DNA of 64,000 nucleotides, taken from an uncultured virus (IMG/VR IMGVR_UViG_3300032299_001035). Its lineage: Duplodnaviria > Heunggongvirae > Uroviricota > Caudoviricetes. A program made the position numbers and the translations under genes. The stretch lies in the IMG/VR virus record IMGVR_UViG_3300032299_001035; one strand, given 5' to 3'. Of the stretch, positions 59,111 to 64,000 are shown one piece after another (the stretch's first letter is position 1; every line of letters begins with the position of its first letter). The notes under the pieces are model-generated. The model was not told the origin of the DNA. It worked only from the letters and a program-made list of their open reading frames with translations, and searched no databases.

Positions 59111-59167
59111 TATCTTTGTATTCCCGGTATATGCATATTTTAGAAGATTTGCAACCTTCACCGGGAA
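59111..59167 (+). promoter_or_regulatory. TAnnTTTG promoter element followed by a structured 5' leader
   Basis: TAtcTTTG 59111-59118; ttcccggt/accgggaa stem 59121-59167. Confidence 0.5.
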
Positions 59168-59204
59168 CTTATTCTTAAACTAACAATAAAAACCAAAAAA
59201 AAAA

Positions 59205-60221
59205 ATGAGTACAGTTACCATTGTGGAAAGTTATCCACAAAACAAAAAATCAAAAATAGCAATTAAACCTTATTTAGATTCAAAAATAGATAACATGGGT
59301 TTACAAAACTATGGTTTAGCTTTATTTGATGGAGTGTTCCACGAGGAACAAATTTCTTGTCTTGAGATTAATGGAATCAAAAGATACAGAACAGGATTAA
59401 ATGAATTTGCTCCTGAATTATTAGATTTATCTCCAGAAGAAAAAGAAGCTAAAGTTAAACAAATTAGAATGATTGTTTCTCAATTAGAAAGACAATTAAA
59501 TTCAAACATGGTTGAACCTGATGATAAAGAATTTTGGAATAAGATTAAATTACTTAAACCAGATAATTCTGAATTTTGGGATAAGATTAAATTAAGATGT
59601 GGTAATGAACCATTATTTTTAGATCCAGAAAGAGATCCTTATGATTTAATTAAATTATATGCTATTGAAAATGATGGGTTTAGTATGATTGCAAAATCAT
59701 TAGAGGATGCAAAAAGAATGAACAAAGTACCTAAATTTTATTTAGATAAATTAGAAGAATCAGCTTCTACTAATACTGAAGTTAAAAAATTAAGAAATAA
59801 AGCAGCTGCTGAATTACAAAAATTATTTGATAAAAATCAAAATAAATTATTCTATGTTGCTAAAATTTTAGATATTAATAGTGCACAATACAAAAAATCA
59901 ACACCTAATGATATTATTTATGACAACATGGATAAATTTATAAATGGTGAATTAGTTAATAAAGATAAAAAGAAAACAGCACAATTATTTTTAGATGTTG
60001 CTAGACTTGACATGGATGTTCTTAAATTAAGAGCAATTATTAAAGATGCTACATATTACAAAATTATTGCTACTAAAGCTGATGGATTTGTTTATCATCT
60101 TTCTTCAGCTACCATGATGGGTAGAAATTCATCAGATGCTGTAGAATTTTTAAAGAATCCTTTAAATGAACAGATATTAACTGATGTACAGAACCAAGTA
60201 GAAAAGTATTGGAATATATAA
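59205..60221 (+). CDS. Conserved crAss-like virion/head protein
   Basis: 338 aa downstream of MCP; RYRTGLNEFAPE. Confidence 0.7.
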   Translation: MSTVTIVESYPQNKKSKIAIKPYLDSKIDNMGLQNYGLALFDGVFHEEQISCLEINGIKRYRTGLNEFAPELLDLSPEEKEAKVKQIRMIVSQLERQLNSNMVEPDDKEFWNKIKLLKPDNSEFWDKIKLRCGNEPLFLDPERDPYDLIKLYAIENDGFSMIAKSLEDAKRMNKVPKFYLDKLEESASTNTEVKKLRNKAAAELQKLFDKNQNKLFYVAKILDINSAQYKKSTPNDIIYDNMDKFINGELVNKDKKKTAQLFLDVARLDMDVLKLRAIIKDATYYKIIATKADGFVYHLSSATMMGRNSSDAVEFLKNPLNEQILTDVQNQVEKYWNI

Positions 60222-60247
60222 TTTATTAACAATTAAAAACAAATAAA

Positions 60248-60415
60248 ATGGCAAAGTCAAAAGCACACCCAGGATTTAAAGCAGTACAATCAGATATTGC
60301 TAAAAAACAAGGAATTAGTAAAGAATCAGCAGGAGCAATATTAGCTGCTGCAACAAGAAATGCATCTGCTGGTGCAAAAAAAGCAAACCCAAAATTAAAA
60401 AATGTCCGTGGGTAG
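60248..60415 (+). CDS. 55-aa basic Ala-rich protein below the ORF-track cutoff (MAKSKAHPGFKAVQ...)
   Basis: A-rich leader, clean frame, protein-like composition. Confidence 0.75.
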   Translation: MAKSKAHPGFKAVQSDIAKKQGISKESAGAILAAATRNASAGAKKANPKLKNVRG

Positions 60416-60443
60416 TAATAAATTAAAGTAAAATTAAGTATAT

Positions 60444-61148
60444 ATGAACAACAATCTATTGCAAATTAAAATTAAACAAAGGTTAAATAAATTATCTAGC
60501 CTTGATTATGATAATTTAGAATGTTGGCAAATTGCTGAAGCTTTTAATAAAGCTCAAATTGAGTGGGTTAGAAGACAGTTACATGGTACAAATAACTACA
60601 AAGAAGGTGATGAAAATTCTAAAAGAAGAATTGATGACCTTCAAAAGTTATTAACTACAATTAATTTATCTGGTTCAATGGTAGGTGAAACTTTTTATCA
60701 AGCAGAAACCTTACCTGAAAACTATTTAGAATTTAAAAGAGTTTCTACAAAAGGAAAAACAAGTGAATGTCCAGATAGAACATTTGTTGTTTATCTTGCA
60801 GAAGAAGCAGATGTAGATATATTATTATCAGACAAATTTTCAAAACCATCATTTGATTGGGCAGAAACTTTTTGTACCATGGTAGGCAATAGAATAAGAA
60901 TATATACTAATGGAGAATTTGATGTTATTAATCCAAGATTGAACTACTACAGAAAACCTGTAGAAGTTCAATTTGTTGGATGTATAAATTTAAATACAGG
61001 AGCAACTGTAACAACAGATGTACAATCTGAATTTAAAGATGATATTGTAGAACTTATTTGTGATGAAGCAGCTTCAATATTAGCAGGTGATATAGAATCT
61101 GTTACCCAATATCAACGTAATGAAAAATCAGCAGAAAGAAATAATTAA
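60444..61148 (+). CDS. Putative head-tail connector/ring protein
   Basis: FNKAQIEWV; RRIDDLQKLL; YYRKP; position in the structural operon. Confidence 0.7.
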   Translation: MNNNLLQIKIKQRLNKLSSLDYDNLECWQIAEAFNKAQIEWVRRQLHGTNNYKEGDENSKRRIDDLQKLLTTINLSGSMVGETFYQAETLPENYLEFKRVSTKGKTSECPDRTFVVYLAEEADVDILLSDKFSKPSFDWAETFCTMVGNRIRIYTNGEFDVINPRLNYYRKPVEVQFVGCINLNTGATVTTDVQSEFKDDIVELICDEAASILAGDIESVTQYQRNEKSAERNN

Positions 61149-61166
61149 TAATTTAAATATATAAAA

Positions 61167-61640
61167 ATGCAAAAAATAAATCGTGCTAACATATTTAGTG
61201 CAGCAGCCACACCAGCACCTATGAATAACAGTGAATATTCAACTACAAATTCAAGTTCTTCATTAGAATCAATGACAGCAGCATGTGTTTCTGAATTAAT
61301 GAATGCAGCTACATCATTCCACAAACTTCATTTAAAAGTTCAAGGAATTGGTTCATATGCAGCACATAAAGCTTTAAATGAAATTTATGATGCTTTACCT
61401 GATCATGCAGATGATTTAGCAGAAGGATTTCAAGGGGCTTCAGAAAAAATATTAGAATGTAAAGAAACTTCTCCAAGAATGTTATCTACTGTATCAGATG
61501 CAATTTCTTATATAAGAGACATTTATAGTATGATAAACAGTTTACAATCTAAAATGCCTTATTCAGAAATAGTTAATGATTTGGATAATGTTAAAAGTAC
61601 TTTAAATAGTACAAAATATAAATTAACCTTTTTAAAATAA
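61167..61640 (+). CDS. Ferritin-like (Dps-related) protein
   Basis: HKLHL..QG.GSYAAHKALNEIYD....HAD.LAE. Confidence 0.75.
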   Translation: MQKINRANIFSAAATPAPMNNSEYSTTNSSSSLESMTAACVSELMNAATSFHKLHLKVQGIGSYAAHKALNEIYDALPDHADDLAEGFQGASEKILECKETSPRMLSTVSDAISYIRDIYSMINSLQSKMPYSEIVNDLDNVKSTLNSTKYKLTFLK

Positions 61641-61714
61641 ATTTGGTAAATTTAAATTTAAATATTATATTATTTATATAACAATTATTTATAAACAAAA
61701 AAAATTAAAAAATT

Positions 61715-63619
61715 ATGTATTTTAGTCACGCATTCAGAAAAACATTACTTGCAGTAGAAACTGCTCCTGGTAATGGAACATTAGATGTAGCTTCTTCAGG
61801 AACAACTTCTGCTTTAATAGCAGGTGAATTAGGTCTTTTTGACCAATCATTTACTGTAATTAATCCAGCTGCAACTCCTACTACAACAAAACCTTTTTAC
61901 ATTGTACAAGGTTCTTATTACAAAACAGCTGGTTATTCAGATACAATTGGAGCACATGGTGGTTACCAAGAATCTGTAAAATCAAAAATGATTAATCCAA
62001 AATATATTACACGTTTGTTTTGGGTTCAATCAAAAGCTCCTACACAACAAGTTGTACAAATTCCAGTTACTTGTGGATTAACATGTGATACTACTTACCG
62101 TTTACGTATTGATGTAAAAGGTAGCCCAGCATTACGTTATTTATCTCACAATTTATACCGTGTATTGGATAGTTACACAGGATGTTGTTCAACAACTAAT
62201 CCTGGTTTTGTAAAAGATCCAGTAGCTACAATTGTAAACTGGAAAGAACAATTAAATGCTTCTCCATATTTTAATAATATGGTTCAAGCTAGAGCATACA
62301 AATTTAAAGGTAACTTTATTGTATCTGGTGTTGGTACACCTGGTGTTTCAAGTGCTACTTTAACATTTAATACATCAACAAATACAATGGGTGTTGCATT
62401 AGGACAAAGAATTGTAGGTTCTACTTTACCTGCAAATAGTTTTGTTACTGCTATGACAACTACTGCTACAGCAACTCATAGTGCTACTGGTGTAACAATT
62501 ACAACAACTACTTATACTGCTACAAATTCAGGTCCTACATTTAGTGGTGGTACTCCAGCAGCTGGAGCTGCTATTACAGGAGCAGGATTTCCTGTAGGTT
62601 CTTATATTTCTACTTATACAGATACTGATACATTTGTTATTACATTTCCAACACAAACTGTAGCTCCTACAATTTCTGGTGCATTTGTTGCTTCTGCATC
62701 ATGTGTTGTTTCATATCCTACACAAACTGTTGCTCCTTCTTTAGCTACAGGTACATATAAAGCATACAATGATGTATATGGTCCTTTTGGTAATACAGGA
62801 GTTGTAACAAGTGTTGTAGGTACAGCTGTACAAAACAGTTATGTAGGTCAAGCTACGTATATTCCTGGAACTAATACACAAACTAATCCTAATGGTACTG
62901 CAACTGGTGCTACTGTTGGTGCTGCTTCTACTGTAGCTGCTGCTACATCTGGTGCTCACGTATATGTAGCTGATGCTGATGCTGCTAGCTTTACTGCTGA
63001 TTGTTTCTTAGAATTAACATCTGCTTATGTAGAAACTAAATTTGGTAATGCTACATTTACTGTTACTGATAACTATGATGTTGAACCTCTTAAAATTATT
63101 GCTTCTGTAATGGATGATTCTGGTAATCCTTGTTTAACTACATGTATTGGTTCTTCTCCAAACATTGGTATTGCAGGTATTGCAACTGAAGTTCAAGCTG
63201 CTTCACAAGTACAAGGTGTCGGTGAAACAATCTTACGTGAATTAATTCTTACTGGTAAATACCGTCAAGAAGCATTTGGTGATGGTATTAACATTGATAC
63301 TTTCCGTATGAGAGAAATTGAAGCTAATCCTGGAGTTTTGAATATGATGTCTCTTGCTAATAGAAATTCATTATATAATAAATTCTGTATATTACACAGT
63401 GTACCACGTTTCAATAATCCTACTGGAGTATTTGATAATGATCAATATTTAATTGAAATTGCTGTTCCTAGCACAATTCCTATTACTCAATTTTTTACTA
63501 ATGCAACTTATACTTCTGGATCTACAAATTATGTTCCAACAGCAGGTACTGCTATTGGAGATTATATTCTTGAAGCATCAATTGCAGCAGGTGGAGCATC
63601 TGGTATTGATATGATCTAA
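61715..63619 (+). CDS. Abundant structural protein (auxiliary capsid/tail-like) with internal repeat insertion
   Basis: Highly biased codons; YRLRIDVKGSPALR; HSVPRFNNPTGVFDNDQY. Confidence 0.7.
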   Translation: MYFSHAFRKTLLAVETAPGNGTLDVASSGTTSALIAGELGLFDQSFTVINPAATPTTTKPFYIVQGSYYKTAGYSDTIGAHGGYQESVKSKMINPKYITRLFWVQSKAPTQQVVQIPVTCGLTCDTTYRLRIDVKGSPALRYLSHNLYRVLDSYTGCCSTTNPGFVKDPVATIVNWKEQLNASPYFNNMVQARAYKFKGNFIVSGVGTPGVSSATLTFNTSTNTMGVALGQRIVGSTLPANSFVTAMTTTATATHSATGVTITTTTYTATNSGPTFSGGTPAAGAAITGAGFPVGSYISTYTDTDTFVITFPTQTVAPTISGAFVASASCVVSYPTQTVAPSLATGTYKAYNDVYGPFGNTGVVTSVVGTAVQNSYVGQATYIPGTNTQTNPNGTATGATVGAASTVAAATSGAHVYVADADAASFTADCFLELTSAYVETKFGNATFTVTDNYDVEPLKIIASVMDDSGNPCLTTCIGSSPNIGIAGIATEVQAASQVQGVGETILRELILTGKYRQEAFGDGINIDTFRMREIEANPGVLNMMSLANRNSLYNKFCILHSVPRFNNPTGVFDNDQYLIEIAVPSTIPITQFFTNATYTSGSTNYVPTAGTAIGDYILEASIAAGGASGIDMI

Positions 63620-63636
63620 TAAATTTTATAACAAAT

Positions 63637-63670
63637 AAGAAGGAGAGATTTTATTCTCTCCTTTTTTATT
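63637..63670 (+). terminator. Intrinsic terminator
   Basis: agaaggagaga-tttta-ttctctccttttttatt. Confidence 0.75.
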
Positions 63671-63720
63671 TGTATATTTGTCATAAATAATGTATATTTA
63701 ATATATAAAACAAAATTAAA

Positions 63721-64000
63721 ATGCCTGTACAACATCAATTATATTTAGATATTCCGGAAACAAATAATGTCAGCATATTTAGAGTAGTTGATGCAAGTAT
63801 ATATGCATCAGATTTAGATGTAAAATGTGCTACATTACAAATTACATCTCCAGGTTTTACTGAACCTGCTGAAATTGATGTAACTACTTATGCTAGTAGT
63901 GGTATGGCATCTTTTAATTTAGTATTAAATGCTTGTACATTAGGTATTACATCTGGTAGTTGTAGTCCTGTGGCTCCTGCTTTACCTGATGGTGTATACA
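63721..64000 (+). CDS. Structural protein, 3'-truncated by the window edge (MPVQHQLYLDIPE...)
   Basis: Open frame to the window end; LQITSPGF, LPDGVY motifs. Confidence 0.7.
   Translation, partial: MPVQHQLYLDIPETNNVSIFRVVDASIYASDLDVKCATLQITSPGFTEPAEIDVTTYASSGMASFNLVLNACTLGITSGSCSPVAPALPDGVY

Noticed and set aside
1888..62959. Antisense or nested short ORFs in the track (e.g. 1888-2151, 4429-4731, 7572-7787, 22944-23198, 28112-28552, 45628-45945, 51337-51606, 55279-55602, 62741-62959)
   Set aside because: Shadows of longer, motif-bearing genes on the opposite strand
1..64000. CRISPR array, rRNA, integrase or IS element
   Set aside because: No regularly spaced repeats and no recognisable motifs for these were seen

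Overview
Very AT-rich, gene-dense phage DNA in the standard genetic code. Gene content and order are those of a crAss-like (Crassvirales) podophage of a Bacteroidota host; this assignment is by motif recognition, with no database search. Layout: (i) 1-5059 (+), the 3' part of a giant virion polyvalent protein; (ii) about 5100-45040 (-), a replication/early block with family B DNA polymerase, primase, SSB, AAA recombinase, DnaB, exonuclease, thioredoxin, dNMP kinase, a RavA/ViaA-like pair, a degenerate UDG, an SF2 helicase, an SplB-like radical SAM enzyme and many small ORFs, interrupted by a (+) lysis island at 21444-25151; (iii) 45530-64000 (+), a packaging/structural block with HU/IHF-like protein, nuclease, GroES-like protein, TerL, GIY-YIG endonuclease, portal, PhoH, scaffold, major capsid protein, ring protein and ferritin-like protein. 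The most unusual content is non-coding RNA on the minus strand of the early region. Two tandem tRNA-shaped elements (39925-40022 and 40160-40259) have a GNRA-capped hairpin in place of the anticodon arm and flank a roughly 135-nt RNA with a predicted kissing loop and pseudoknot. A dense cluster of structured elements at 42448-44453 contains a variant twister ribozyme (43238-43349). All RNA structures were folded by eye and need computational and experimental confirmation.
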